The notes beneath the pieces were generated by a model. The model saw only the letters and a program-made list of their open reading frames with translations. It had not been told where the DNA came from and ran no database searches. DNA of 64,000 bases from Camelus dromedarius (Eukaryota), in contig NC_087436.1 in NCBI RefSeq assembly GCF_036321535.1, forward strand, positions 103,728,001 to 103,792,000, written 5' to 3'. Shown piece by piece: positions 11,060 through 24,175 of the stretch (the stretch's first letter is position 1; every line of letters starts with the position of its first letter). Both the position numbers and the translations under genes were made by a program.

Positions 11060-13489
11060 TTGCTGAACCATAACTTAATTTTTCTAGTTTCCTGTTTGGG
11101 GACATTTGCATTGTTTTCCAATTTTTGACTATTATAAGCAACCAGGAAAAGCATCCTTGAACACACATTTCTGCGCATTGTTCTAAACATCCTAGTGGGC
11201 TGACTTCATCACCCTTCCCACCCTGACCCTAGTCTCAGTGCCTGGACTACGATAGATGATGTAGATCTGGGCTGTTGCCTGCGGTAAAGGAAAGCAAGCA
11301 CCACATATCAAAGAACCTACAAGAGATGGGTCATTTTAGGCCTCCTCTGAGACTCTGATGGCTCCAGCATCCTCACATGATGAGTGAACAGTTGCTTTGT
11401 GGGGAACACACAGAACGTAAGATTCTCAGGCAGATCAGCTAATTCAGCCTGACTGAACACAGCCTAGAGTGAGGGGAGGCACCTGATAAGATAAACTCCA
11501 CCCCAAACCACAGAGAATCTGGGTCAAAACTGACACTTCCAGCATCTACTTGAAGGCATTCAGAACAATGAGGGCACATCATATGGTTCTCTTATGCCCC
11601 CTCTGTTTTGAGCGGTTTTAGAATAATTTTTCAACACAGCAGCTCTGAGACTGATGGGGTTGAGAGGCTGCACTAGGGAAAGAGTGAGTTGGCGTAGGTG
11701 AGTATTAACTGTCTCCAATTAGCAGTGCCTCAGTACACATCATAAAATATTCAAAGGCTCTCCAGAGATGTCAACTTACTCATAATAGACTCAAATGAAT
11801 CACTGAAAAAAGTCCTTTAATCTCATATAACATGCCTCTGAAAAATTAAAACTGGAATCAGAGTTCAATTTAAAAAAATCCAGCGAGCGTTCCGATCACC
11901 TGGATGGATGTGTCATTTGGTATGGTTGCTTCATTAAGCCGCTCCATGTTTGAGACAGCTCAGGACTTGGTCTCAACAGTCTTTAATGTAAGACATATCT
12001 AAGAGGATATAAACAGCATTGTCCTTCATGTTAGCAGTGAAGGTTTCATTTATTTTTCATTTGGGAAAAAAAATCCCTGAAATCAAAAATCAAAAGAAAG
12101 GAAGAGAAATCCTTAAATGGCTCAACTCCTCTGTGTCTACATTGTTTTAAAGTCCAAACAGAAATGACTTCTGTGTGGCTTCTGTCCCTGAAATCTCTTT
12201 GCAGGAATATAACTGCTGATGCCAGGTTGTACTAACCGCTGACAGCCAACGGGACACATCCCTTCCCAAATCCACATTCAATCATAGTCGGTTAGGTAGC
12301 TTGAAATTGGAGACAGGGAGTCACCATGGAAATTGGCAAATGCTTCTAATCAGGTTTTGTTTTTTTTTTTTTCCCTGAGAGTCAGTTGTTAGACATTTAC
12401 CGGCACCTCAAGCTTCCTGCCCCTGCTCACAGCCCAGTAATTTGCCTCCTCTAACCGAGCATCATCAGTACAGAGGTGAGCCTTTGACTGATCATGAGGC
12501 ATACTCTTTGGAACATTCAAAAAGTATTTCTTTATTAATTCATAAAAGACTAATCTTAGACTCCTGAATGAAAGGCATTTTCTTCTATCCTCAGAAAAGT
12601 CTGAAATTCTACTTATCATTCTCATTTTCACTTTCATATTCCCAAGCCACATTGACACCCTGAACTCTCACAGTAGTTAGAATAAGAAATTAAATTAGGA
12701 ATTCTCAGGCAGCTTATTATAAATTGCTCACATATCCATTGGTCAAACCATTAAAGTTTTCAGAATGGCTGTGACTCTTTCCTGGGTTGTGCTGATCAGT
12801 GAGAAAAGTCTCCTGGCAGGTGGGTCCCTGATGCCCCGTCCCCAGTAAGCATTTAGCATTCAAGTGTGTTGATTGGCTCATACACTATAGACCCCAGAGT
12901 TGGATCCAAAGTGAGAGCTGTTATTTCTCTGCTATGAATTAGTGTCTTTCACACATGAATGCATTAATAGCCATCATTAATAAAAACCCAAGTGTGAAAC
13001 TGACAGACAAAAGATTTGCAGGTTATGACTCTATCACACCAGTTTCATTTGTTCACTGATTTATTAAAATTTCATGGTTAAGATAACACAAATTTTTGCT
13101 CTGCTGACTTACATGGATCTTAATTCTTTTTCTGCCAAGCTGCATTACCAAACCAAAATCCTTTCTGAATCTTTAAATTTTTTTTAGTGGAAAAGAAGGA
13201 TTGAATAGGGACCAAGATATGTAGAAAATTCTTTAAATATCCCACTGAAGACCTATAGCTCACAGAAGCTTTAGTAGGATCCTAAGCCACTTTCTTTGCC
13301 AACTGCACACTCTAGTAAAAATTCAAAAGCTTCAAGTGGCTGCTTGGACTCAGAAAAAAAAAAAAAAAAGGAGAGAGAAAAAGAAAGAAAGAAAAGTCAG
13401 TGCCACCTTTGTTTCTCTGAGTCCTGATGCTCTTGGGAGTCTCTGAACTCAGACTTCTGTCTACTTGAACACGTTCATGGGATGGATCC

Positions 13490-13960
13490 AATCACCTATT
13501 GTAACAAATTACCACATATTTAGTGGCTCAAAACAACACAAATGTATAATCTCACAGTTCTGAACGTCAGAAGTCCAAAATGGGTCTTGCAGAATTTGAA
13601 ACAAGGTGTGGGCAGAGATGCATTCTTTTTGGGAGCTCTCAGGGAGCTTCTAGAAGCTGCCTGCATTCTTTGGCTTGTGGCCCTTTCAACCATTTTCAAG
13701 TCCATCAGGGTATTATCTTTAAACCAATATCTATCTTTTTCACCCCCTCCTGTCTCTCTTTCCCTCCCTCTGCCTATCCCACCTCCCTTGTGAGGATGCT
13801 TGTGATTACATCTGGCCCACCAAGATAATCCAGTGTAATTTCCCTATCTCAAGATCCTTATTCACATCTGCAAAGTCCCTTTTGTCGTGTAAGGTAATAT
13901 TCACAGTTTTAAGGGTTAGGACAGGGATCAGTTAAAGGAATCATTATTCTATTTACCCCA
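13490..13960 (-). mobile_element. MaLR LTR, MLT1D/E-like
   Basis: GTAACAAATTACCACA…TAGTGGCTCAAAACAACACAAAT…TCACATCTGCAAAGTCCCTTTTG…TAAGGTAATATTCACAG. Confidence 0.85.
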
Positions 13961-15475
13961 GTGTGAAAACTGCCTTTGGAGGCTGGGAAGACAGGGACTC
14001 ATGGTCTGTAGTTAAGTCAGTTGGCAAAACTATTGCCTCTATTGCTTTAGAAGACAGAAAGCGGACTTGGATATCTTACTAAGGAGGTTTCCAGGCAGAA
14101 TATTGAAAGTGCCAACTAGCTCTCTTGTGAAAAGAAGAGAGAGAGTAATCACAAAAAGAACTGTTCCGTTTGTAAGTAGAATTTCAAGGGCATATAGAAG
14201 AACCAGGATGTAATGGGTTGAAAAACAAAACTATTTCACACTTTCACTGTCTTTAGTCAGTAAAAGAGTCAAAAAGTGAGAAATGACCTCAGGGTTGAGC
14301 TCAAATCAGAAGTTTATCTATAAGACCTTTTGTTAAGACCTCAGAAGGATTTAGCCGAGTGCCTAGTTAGACCTTCTCAACTAAAATAAAGAGTTTCTAG
14401 AAATCTTAAAGGCAAGGTCCCACCGCACCCTGACACTCAGCCTGAAATAGAGAGAGGTCTGTCTCAAAAAGAATTATGTATGTGACTTTAAGGGCACAAG
14501 GTGAACCCAGTCAGATTCATAGAATTCCCACTGAGTGGCCGAATGTGAAAGCTTTGTAGCTGCTGGGACCCACAGGGGCAGATACAGTGCAAAAGAAACA
14601 GGCTCTGGGCTCCAGGAGCAGGAAGCAGGTTGAGAAAATTGCTTAGCTGCAAACACAGGCCACTTTTTTTCAGAAAAAGAAAGACCAGAGGATAGAGGCA
14701 GAAGCCACAGAGAACAATGGATTAGGAAGCCACTCCCGGGGCAGAACTGGGACCCAGTCCAGCAACATTCCCTTCTTTGGCATAAGGAGCACTGACATTG
14801 TGTGCCCAGCTGGAATTCAGAATTGTTATGGACCCACGATGGCTATGAGCCCCTCCTACCCCTCTCCTTTTGGTATTTTGCTTCATTTTATCTCGCTTTG
14901 TTTTTCTAAAGAAAGGCAGGTTGCCGCAGGCAGCGCCTCATTTGAATATGTCTGGAGTCTCAGAAGCTTGATCGCCCAATGTTCCCCTATAAATGGACCT
15001 TGAGAGCTTGTTTGGAGCATCTAACAGTGGGCTCAGCTACTTGTATACTTGTATACCCTTGGTGGATGGATGATCCTCCTCTCTTCTCCACTGAGCACAC
15101 AGTTTGGGGAGGGACGCACACAGAGCAGTTAGAGAGGAACGGAACACTAGCCTAGCCAGCCAGATTGGCCCTGGCGATCAATGGGGTGACAGATGTCACT
15201 GCCAAGTCACCCTTACATTCTACCTCTCCTTTTTGAATGAGAGCTTCTTCTGTGGTTCTCTAGCCTCTGTCCTCTGTCTCACCATTGTATATCGTGTGCA
15301 GCGGTCAGGTGACATCTCTTTAATTTGTAGGTCTTCAGATCAAGAGGAATCACACCCCAAGGACCTCCTCCTCGTCTAGACCTGATTCAAATCATAAATT
15401 CATTAAGTTTCTCCCGTGATGTCATTATTGGGTGAGACTGAAAATCTTAAAAGGGGTGAGTGTATTTGAGTAGAC
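13961..15475 (+). mobile_element. MaLR (MLT1) internal sequence, interrupted by the 7SK retrocopy
   Basis: MLT-int-like blocks GGAGGCTGG…TGGCAAAACTATTGCCT, TAAGGAGGTTTCCAGGCAGAATATTGAAAGTGCC and GGTCTTCAGATCAAGAGGAA, leading into the LTR at 15476. Confidence 0.65.
14908..15220 (-). pseudogene. RN7SKP: 7SK snRNA processed pseudogene (RN7SK retrocopy)
   Basis: Minus strand reads GAATGTAAGGGTGACTTGGCAGTGACATCTGTCACCCCATTGATCGCCAGGG…ATCTGGCTGGCTAGGC…GTGCGTCCCTCCC…CAAGGGTATAC…CTCCAAACAAGCTCTCAAGGTCCATTT…AAATGAGGCGCTGC…CTGCCTTTCTTT, colinear with 7SK from its 5' to its 3' end. Decayed A-tail at 14872-14907. TSD TACC(CC)TCTCCTTTT at ~14857-14871 and 15221-15233. Confidence 0.96.
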
Positions 15476-15855
15476 TATCACAGATTGTTCAATTAATTTC
15501 CCCCAATGAATATGACCTCCCAGTATCCACACCTTTGTAGAGTCTCCTTGCATTGACTCTGAGCTTGGTTACATGAACTCCTTTGGCTCATGAGACATCA
15601 ACAAACATGAGATAGTGATTTGAAAAGGAGCTTGTATGTTGTCCTCCTGTAATGCTGCCCTCACCATGACTCAGTCTAGCCTGAGGATGAAAGACCATGT
15701 AGAGAAAGAGGCCCAGCCATCTCCACTGTTTCAGATGAGCTCAACCTCCCGCCAGCTCTTTAGTTCAATGGGTCACATGAGTGCACGGGCAAAACCAACA
15801 GAAGACCACACAGCCAACCAACAGAATAATTTCACAGCAATAAGTAACTGATCTA
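15476..15855 (+). mobile_element. MaLR LTR, MLT1G/H-like (3' LTR of the preceding internal region)
   Basis: CTCCCAGTATCCACACCTTTG…TGACTCTGAGCTTGGTTACATGA…GAGGCCCAGCC…CAGCAATAAGTAACTGA. Confidence 0.7.
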
Positions 15856-16609
15856 AGAATTTAGTATAAGCAAGATCCCAGGAGCTATTGAGAACAAATA
15901 AAGCTAAGCTCCAATTTAATTGCCCTTCTCTACTATCTGGACCCAGCCTACCTTCCCATCTACTCTACAAATCAGCCTACCACTGGTACCGTTCTCTCCA
16001 CTGATACCAGTCTATCACTCATAAATCCCCTTCCTCACAAGTATAGTCCAACTCTTGTCCTCACTTGTCTCCACCCCAAGACTCCCAGAACCATACTTTT
16101 AGGTTTTGAAGAATATTTTTCAACAGTTTAATGAGTTTTTAAAATAACATTGGCCCTTATATGATGTCATAAATGCACGTGTGGACCTTCTGTTTCCTCA
16201 TAGCCCAGATTATAAAGTTATAATGGTGTCGTGGGAATAAATTTTCTTCATCAAGAGGAACTGCCATAGCAGTTGTTTTAGGAGACAATTCTCTTCCTCA
16301 AAATATTTCCTCATTTTTACAAAAATAGCTGGGGTTATTTTTAGTAGCTTCCTTTTATCTTCCAAGCAGTACCTGAGCCTGGGCTCCCAAGCAGAGTCAG
16401 GAAAATTAGAAACTTCTCTACCATATAGATTTAATGGGGACAATCCAAGGACTTTAGCACCCAAGTCCCTCCTGGGAAGTCACTTCCGTGCTTAGAAAAG
16501 GACTCTGCCAGATTGCAGCTCGCTATGTCGTCTCCAGGGAAATGAAAGAGGGCAATGATCCAAACAGGCTCCCTTACTCAATGCCAAGGACACTGGAAAG
16601 AAACAAGAT

Positions 16610-17200
16610 TTCACTTATTATGTTATTTCACCTGCTTCTATCCTCACCCCTGTGAGGTGGGGCAAGCTGTAACATCATTCATGGATAAGGCTTCAGAAGA
16701 ATCAGTGAAGGACATGAGGTCATGGTGATGGTATGAGGCAAGGCCACAGCTTAAACTCAGGTCCCTCTTTGAAAGAGTGTTTTGACAATTATTGCTTTTT
16801 GGAGAAGCCTGGACCCAAACCTTGAATCTTCCTCTTATAAGTAGATGGATTTGAGCTCATTTTGTAATTTCATATTTGAAATATGGGTAATAGTGGTTGC
16901 ACTGCAGAGCTGTCATGAGGATTAGATGAAACAGAGTGAAGGGGAAACAGAGAGGCATCAGCTGCACACGTAGGAACTGAGCCAGATTGCCTGGGTTCAA
17001 ATCCTAGTTCTGCTACCTCCCAGTTGGGTGGCCTGGGGTAAGTTGTTTAACTTCTCTGCCTCTGTTTCCACTACTTTAAAATGAAGATAAGGATAATAGC
17101 CCTACATCCTAGGATTTGGGGGAAGATTAAGGACGAGCTAAAATATGAAAAGCTCTCATAACAGGATCTAGCTTATAGTAAGTATCAGCTATCGTCACCT
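16610..17200. mobile_element. Cluster of three MIR fragments (one -, two +)
   Basis: Clearest copy at 16975-17190: GAGCCAGATTGCCTGGGTTCAAATCCTAGTTCTGCTAC…GGGTAAGTTGTTTAACTTCTCTGCCTCTGTTTCC. Confidence 0.75.
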
Positions 17201-19039
17201 AAAGCTTGGCAGACAAGTCACATTCAATTGGCAAGTCCTCTACTCTTTTCAGTGTTCTGTGCTACTTCAAAACATTAAAGTTGCCAGGTTCAACTTTGAT
17301 GCACCAAATGTCCAGTTTACAAACCAGAAGACAGAACTTCTCTGGGTTGGCACTGTTTTTAAAAAAAAACTCATTACCAGAATGAACAGAGGGTTTGCCT
17401 CTGCTTTGATGAAACACAAATTAATTTCTTGTGTGTGTGCCTGACTGTAGTTGACTGTATTAAATAAATTATTCACTATGACAGAGGAAAAGGCTGAACA
17501 TTTTTGAACAAAAGAGACAGCCCCAGACCACCTAAAAAAGCTCTGTGATCCCCCGTGGAGTTGAGCAGACACAGGTAAGGATCAATGTCTCAGAGAAGCT
17601 AGACTGCACGCCCACCATTCAGCACACTCGTGTCATCCTCTATCGGTCTCCATGACTCTGAGCTCCAGGGATGGAAAAGGACGTCAGTCAGAACCACCAA
17701 AAAACCCTAAGTCTGAAAATAGAGGAATTTAGAAGTAATGGCAGAATTCAGTGCATATCCAGGGGAGTTCTGTTATATGCACATTTAACTTTTTAAATTT
17801 TAAATGTATGCTCTATGGTTAAAAAAGAGAGAGAGAGAGAAAGTCAGAGAGACAGGGAGATATGGAAATAACCACACAAGGAATGTGATTGATCCCAGTC
17901 GCAATCCCACCCCCTGCTCTTACACCTGCGGATGAGAGTGACAAGGCTGTGACTTGGCCACCCCTTGGCAGATCCCTGTGTTTCTCCAATGTGAGTTCTC
18001 ACCTCAGCACGGTGTGAATGCAGGGGTAACGAGGAGCTGCTTTTTATACAACCTGCCCCCAATGCAAGCCAATATTTTCCCCTGATGCCCAACCAAAGCA
18101 AGACCCATCTGCTCCAACACGGGAGGGAAAATGGGCTGCAGGGAATCTCCTGACACAGATGTTAGCCTCCAATCCGTTGGGATTTCCAAAGGTAATCTCA
18201 ACAATAGGAGATTTTCACTGTAGATGCAACTCCATTGCTCTGTGTTCTTAGAATTTTTATAACAGCCCTTCCTCCTTGGATATTACTATAACCTAGAAGA
18301 AAGAAACGTCAACCTCCTTCAGTAAGGCAAGCAATCAAGCTTTGAAAATCCACACCCACGCATTTAATTGGATTGTATTTTGATGACGTATAGGATTGCC
18401 GTCTTGTGTAAGAAAAAGAAAAAGGGTTATTTATCACTGCTTCACTCATCCTAACAATTATCCTGTCTTCATCCTATACAAGTCACAGCACACTAACTCT
18501 TCAGCCACTGGACTTTGGCTGAATTCCTGCGATGGAACATAGTATTTGCAATAATGAAACACAGCAGAAGTACTTTCTTTGCAAAAAAAAAAAAAAAAAA
18601 AAAAAAATGGAGCCTAACTATAGTAATTTGCTTTCATCTTCTCGTAGGAAACTGATATCACCATCAGGAGGATTTGCTTTAAATTTATCTGGAACTAATT
18701 TACACAGAATGGGTTAAAGTATTCCTTCTCCCAGGAAATTGTGTGTGAGGAAGGAGGAGGGAAGAGACACTTAAAGAGACTTTTTGAAACAGAGCTTTTA
18801 ACACAGAGGAGACTCAGACAGATAAAATTTCTATTTTCCTTAGAGTTAAAATTTCTTAACATTGAAGTTTTATTTTATACATAAAATAAAAATGGAATTA
18901 TCTTATTTCCTCTTTCTCAGCTTGATTGTCAGTATATTCAATTCAAATGTTAGCCTAGGTTACATCATCTAGAAGCAAAGCAAAGCAAAAAGGAAAAAAA
19001 AACAAATCCCAAGTGCTGGGTGAACAGCTGCTGAACTGT

Positions 19040-19200
19040 GTCTCGTTTAATTGATGAAGTTATTAGTATTATTCTCATTTTACAGATGGGAAGCCTGAGG
19101 TCCCAGGAAGTTAAGTGACATACTGTGGTCTCGTAAATAACGGAGCTGGGGTTGAACCTGTGCTTCCTCACGCCAAACTGGCTTTTTCTCACACGAGTCA
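19040..19200 (-). mobile_element. MIR SINE
   Basis: ATTATTCTCATTTTACAGATGGGAAGCCTGAGG…GTTAAGTGAC…GGAGCTGGGGTTGAACC. Confidence 0.8.
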
Positions 19201-20579
19201 ACTCTCTGACGCACAGGACCAGAACAAAGGTAGCGAATTTCAGTCTCTTTTTGTGACCCGAGATATATCCTGGGCCACCGCCCAGGAAAATAAAGCAGCA
19301 AAAGCCCTCAGGTCCCCTCTCTCTGACCACGCCTGTCTCCGCTAAGACCTCGGACATACCTGAAAGTTACAGTGTCCTCTCTTTCAGGGGCAACTTTTCC
19401 TCACTAACAGCTGGTGGAAAAGTGCATACAACCTACAAAAATCACAAATCAGTCCATCAACATGCTGACCAAAATCAGAGCAAAAGGTACTTTAAAAACT
19501 GGCATAATTCAACTCTCCTTAAAGGTGTGAAAGGCTTAGACATTTAAGAATGTGTCATTAAGAAAAGGATATTTGGAGACCAATAAAATTGCACCCATAC
19601 ACTGAGCACCCAGCAGAGAAGAGTTGGCTCTGTATTTAATGTATCCAATGCTCCACATGGTGGCACCTGAACCTCTCAAGGCCTCCTCCTTCGCTCAGCC
19701 TCAGGGATCCAGAGATGCAGCACCCACTAAAAAGCACTGGCAGCAGCAGAAAAAGAGAAAAAAAAAAAAAAAAAAACCTGGGTAACTTGAGATTAACTTT
19801 CTATCCCTCAGGCAGGTATATGCAGAGTGGGCAAAAGCAAAAAATAGAAATTCCCCATCACCTTCTTGCAATCTTCCCCCAGGAGTCTTGAAGACCGCTG
19901 AGCTGTCGACGGTAGCAAGATGTGTCCCCTCACCCGACCACAGAAGCCTGGCTTCTTCAGCAAACATCCTGTTTTTCACACACCTTGATTCTGTCTTTTC
20001 TATTTTTCAATTTTCTAATCCATTTCTTCCAGTAGCTTCCAAGAGAAAAGGGGAAAATGCTTTCAAACTCTAATGTGGAAGTATACAAATGAATAATCGT
20101 ATGTGTGTGCACTCTGTAGATGCATTTAAGTGAGTATTTTGAGTCTGTCGACAAAGCATAAAATGAAGTGGATACCAGAAAATAAATTCATTCCTCAGGC
20201 ATAATTCGGGCCTTCCAAAATCAAGCAGAAACCCAAATTATTTGATTAAGTGAACCTGGTAATAACCAGCTCTGCTTTGCTGGGCAATTGCGTGCTGGAG
20301 CAACTTGGTTGCGTGCCATTGCTTATGGCTGTTACCAGTGCCATCCACAATGCCGCAGTCAGACACGTAACAAGTTCTAAATGAGCACTGGGTCTCACCA
20401 CTGACAATAGTCCTAATAATAAATGCCCTCTGAGGCTTAATTTATTCATGATCTAATGAGAAGTTTCAAATAAATAACCTCTGATAGCCTTCCCAGCTAT
20501 CTCATTTTCTGTAAATCTTATTAAGACCCTCAGTATACCTCAAATAAAAGCATTTTGCAAATTCTACTTTAAACCAAAT

Positions 20580-21006
20580 AAAACTCACAGTTTCGAAAGT
20601 TTCAGGGCTCGGTAGGTGGGTCCTGTTGAGAGTTTCCAATGCAGTTGCCGTCAGATAGTACCTGGGACTGGAGTCATCTCAAAGCCTTCCTCACTCACAG
20701 GACTGGGTCTTGCCACTGGAAATCAGTTGGGACTTCAGTAGGCCGTGTCGCCCAAAATATGTCACCTGCACGTCCTGTAGGCCTGGCAGCTGGATTGCAA
20801 GAGAGAGTCCTGCCAGAGATAGAGAAAGCTAGTTGTGTCGCCTTTTACGACCTGGGAAGTCATGTAGCTTCACTTCCCTGTGTTCCTAAAAGTTTAGTAG
20901 AGGCAAGCCACAGAGGTCTGTCCATATTTAAGGAGGAAGAGAAGGCTCCCACTTCATGATGGGAGGAAAGTCAAAGAATTTACAATGCGATTTTTGAAGC
21001 CACCAC
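20580..21006 (-). mobile_element. MaLR LTR, MLT1H-like
   Basis: GGGACTGGAGTCATCTCAAAG…GGAAGTCATGTAGCTTCACTTCC…GATGGGAGGAAAGTCAAAGAATTT…CACCACA. Confidence 0.75.
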
Positions 21007-21531
21007 ATTGGCTTTGGTCAAGTCATTTAATACTGAAGATTTTATGATTCAATAAATTATGAAAATATCTACTTTGAGGTCTAAAATTCAAATATAAAAC
21101 AGCAATTAATTCAACTGTACTTCTACTGGTATTTTCTCTTTCAAGAGAATAATAGTAATAATATTAACATTCATTGTGTGATTATTCTGCTAAATACCTT
21201 AAATGCATTCTATGTCATAAGTACAATTATCACCCCTTTAACCCTTACAGATGCACCTTAAACTCAGAGTAGCCAGTTAACATTCAAGAGAACCTAACAA
21301 AATCTGTGTTTGCGATTCCCCACATAAAGAAAGACCATAAACATTTCTTTAGAGCTCTGTGACAGTAGTGTTATTCTGGTTTAAGACATGTTGTCAGTAC
21401 ACTGATCATTATTGGGAAATGTTACTTATTCTTTATATGGAGAATAAATACAAATTTCTCCAGTCCCTTTCCCAAGTTCCTCTGGGCAAATTATTTTGTA
21501 GAATAACTCATCCCCAAAGGAATGTCCTTTA

Positions 21532-21628
21532 GATACTTTTTTTTTTTTAAATGGAGGTACTGGGGATTGAACCCTGGACCTTGTGCATGCTAAGCATGCA
21601 ATCTACTGCCGAGCTACACACTCCCCAC
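21532..21628 (-). mobile_element. Vic-1-type camelid SINE (tRNA-Ala derived) with ~20-bp TSD
   Basis: Minus strand GGGGAGTGTGTAGCTCGGCAGTAGATTGCATGCTTAGCATGCACAAGGTCCAGGGTTCAATCCCCAGTACCTCCA followed by an A-tail. TSD CCCCAAAGGA(A/G)TGTCCTTTA at 21512-21531 and 21629-21648. Confidence 0.92.
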
Positions 21629-22286
21629 CCCCAAAGGAGTGTCCTTTAATCAGAGGACAAATGTATGTTATGATTCTGCCAGCAGACCCTCCAGAAGGAA
21701 CTTTGAAACCACATTTGAGGATACCCATCCAGTAAACAAAACTTTGCCCCTTCGGAGGAGAGACTCAGCAATTATGGCAGGTCAGGCTGCAGAAAAATTC
21801 CAAAAGTAGAACTTCCTGAGACTACCAGAGCCCAAGCCCAGGTATTACCGAGCACTGAAGAAGCCTGCTCCTTCCCCAGAGCATTTCACTCAGACTGGCC
21901 TCATTATTTTAAAACACGGCCCCAGCTTTAACAAGAAGTGCATGTAAAAGACAGCCCCAGCATGATGGGGGACTCAGCTGAAGAGTGAGAGTGTGCAAAG
22001 GCCAGGACTTAAGTTAGACAGAGCAGGCCCCCTACTGATTATTGACATATTGACCGAGGCAGAACAGTCAGAAAGTCAGGCCATCTCTGGGTCTTTCAAG
22101 TCCACACCACTTTATGGTAACGGAAAATAGCCTTGCAAGCAAGCTGGAGAGCACAATCCTGATTGTACTAAACAAATGTGAGTCCTTCATCATTTCCAAA
22201 TGACCAGAATGACCATTTGGAAGAGGTGAGATTTAATTTGGTACAATTGCTCACAGGGACCCTGGAGCCCATTCTATGTTTGCCTT

Positions 22287-22656
<370 letters not shown>

Positions 22657-23699
22657 TAGCAAACACCTAAAGAAGGAAAGAAAAAACAGACACTGTTGGA
22701 CTTTCCCCTTGGAATCTATCCCATTAAAAGATGTTTCCTTGCACAATCAACACTCAAGATTCTGGAGTTTTATTGTGTATCTGTGGAGCACAAAGCATAT
22801 GCAATAAATGAATCAAAAATTGAAGCTGCCTTAATAAACATATGCCTGAAAATAAATCAAACTGACCTCTTGAGAAAAACAGAAGAAAGTCCAGACACAG
22901 TTAATCACAGGGTTTATTGAAATGGTTGCCATGCCATGAGATTTTCACCAGTTTCAAACACCTGGTGAGTAGCAGTCACTGCTATATTGTGAAATTTCTG
23001 TTGGATAATTAGCTTAGAAATGTTTTCCTGGCTGCTATTGGTTTATGCTTTTCTGGGGATGACTGGGAAAGCTTGGGGATTGTTCTTGCTGATCGCAGAA
23101 CAAAGGTGTTAGTGGGACCTTCAAGCTGTGGCAGTGGCCATTTCAAAGCCTGGACCACACTAGCCACAAGAAACGGATTTGCATCCAAACTTTGTTGCTT
23201 GTTTCTAATAGTCCTTGTTCAATATAGCCTGAGTACTCAAATTTTCTATTGTTCTCTAGAAATGCAATGAGATTCCAGAGCAAGAACATGACCTCAAAAA
23301 GCCCAAGATTTGAGAAATGAATAATATTCATGTAAAATTAGAAACCACCGAATCACCACTTTATTTTTCATTTTCATACTGGGTAGGTTAATTTTTTTCC
23401 CTCATAGTAGGTAGTCACTTTTCACTGAATACAAAGATTCAGAATTCCTTTTGAAGTTAATGTTGATAAGTGCATACTATGGGCTGAGGACTGTGCAAAG
23501 TGCCTTCAAATGCTTCTATCTTACTTAACCTTTCGTTCCTTTATTTAATCTTCCAGTTTCTCCTCCTACTCCGTCACATGGATAAGTTACCTGACATTCT
23601 GGAACCCAGTCTCCTCATAGGGACAATCCTACCTCATAGGATTATTGTCAGAATCAGATAAAATAAGGCTTGTGTATAAAAATAAGGATTTTTTTTTTT

Positions 23700-24175
23700 T
23701 TTTTTTGCTGCAAACAAATGGAAAAAGACTTGAAGAAAAAAGTTTGGAGAAAAAAATGAAGGAAGTAAAAAGATTAACAACAAAGTTAAAGAACCAAGCT
23801 TTCACCAGCTGGCTGGGAGTCTGGCAACTCCCAGGAATTCGTTCAAAGCAGGAAGCTGCCCCTCTTGGGAATGAATTCTAGCAATATCTTCCTGCCACTT
23901 TGCTCAATATTTAAGATCCCCAAACCGGAAGTTCTGATTAACCATATTTGGATTATGTGACTTCCCTTCAGATATATTGGGTAAAGCAAAGAAAGATCTG
24001 ACAAAAGGGACCATCAACTCCAAGGTTGAAGAAGGAGATCCCTGGATCTACACTCACACCAAAAGTACAAGTGCTTGGGGAGAGGAAAATCTCCCACTGG
24101 ATATCTAGTTTTCCATCAGAGGGAAGGGGAATGGGTACTATATATCACCCAAGATGATGGAAGTCCACTGCCACA
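23700..24175 (-). mobile_element. Highly diverged old MaLR/ERVL LTR (MLT1M-O-like)
   Basis: TTGCTGCAAACAAATGGAAA start, TCTGATTAACCATATTTGGATTATGTGAC block and GTCCACTGCCACA end. Confidence 0.4.

Larger units (their letters stand above)
9790..11180 (-). mobile_element. Old L1M(E)-type 3' remnant interrupted by two LTRs
   Basis: GGACATTTGCATTGTTTTCCAATTTTTGACTATTATAAG…AGCATCCTTGAACAC (11100-11165) and GATTGCATAGAATCTCATT resemble the antisense L1ME 3' end. Confidence 0.55.

Noticed and set aside
11643..11703. Isolated strong donor TAG|GTGAGT (similarly CAG|GTAAGG at ~17574)
   Set aside because: Single splice motifs are expected by chance in 64 kb and have no convincing partner sites.
21549..21626. 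tRNA-Ala gene
   Set aside because: The A-tail, TSD and diverged acceptor/D arms indicate a SINE copy.
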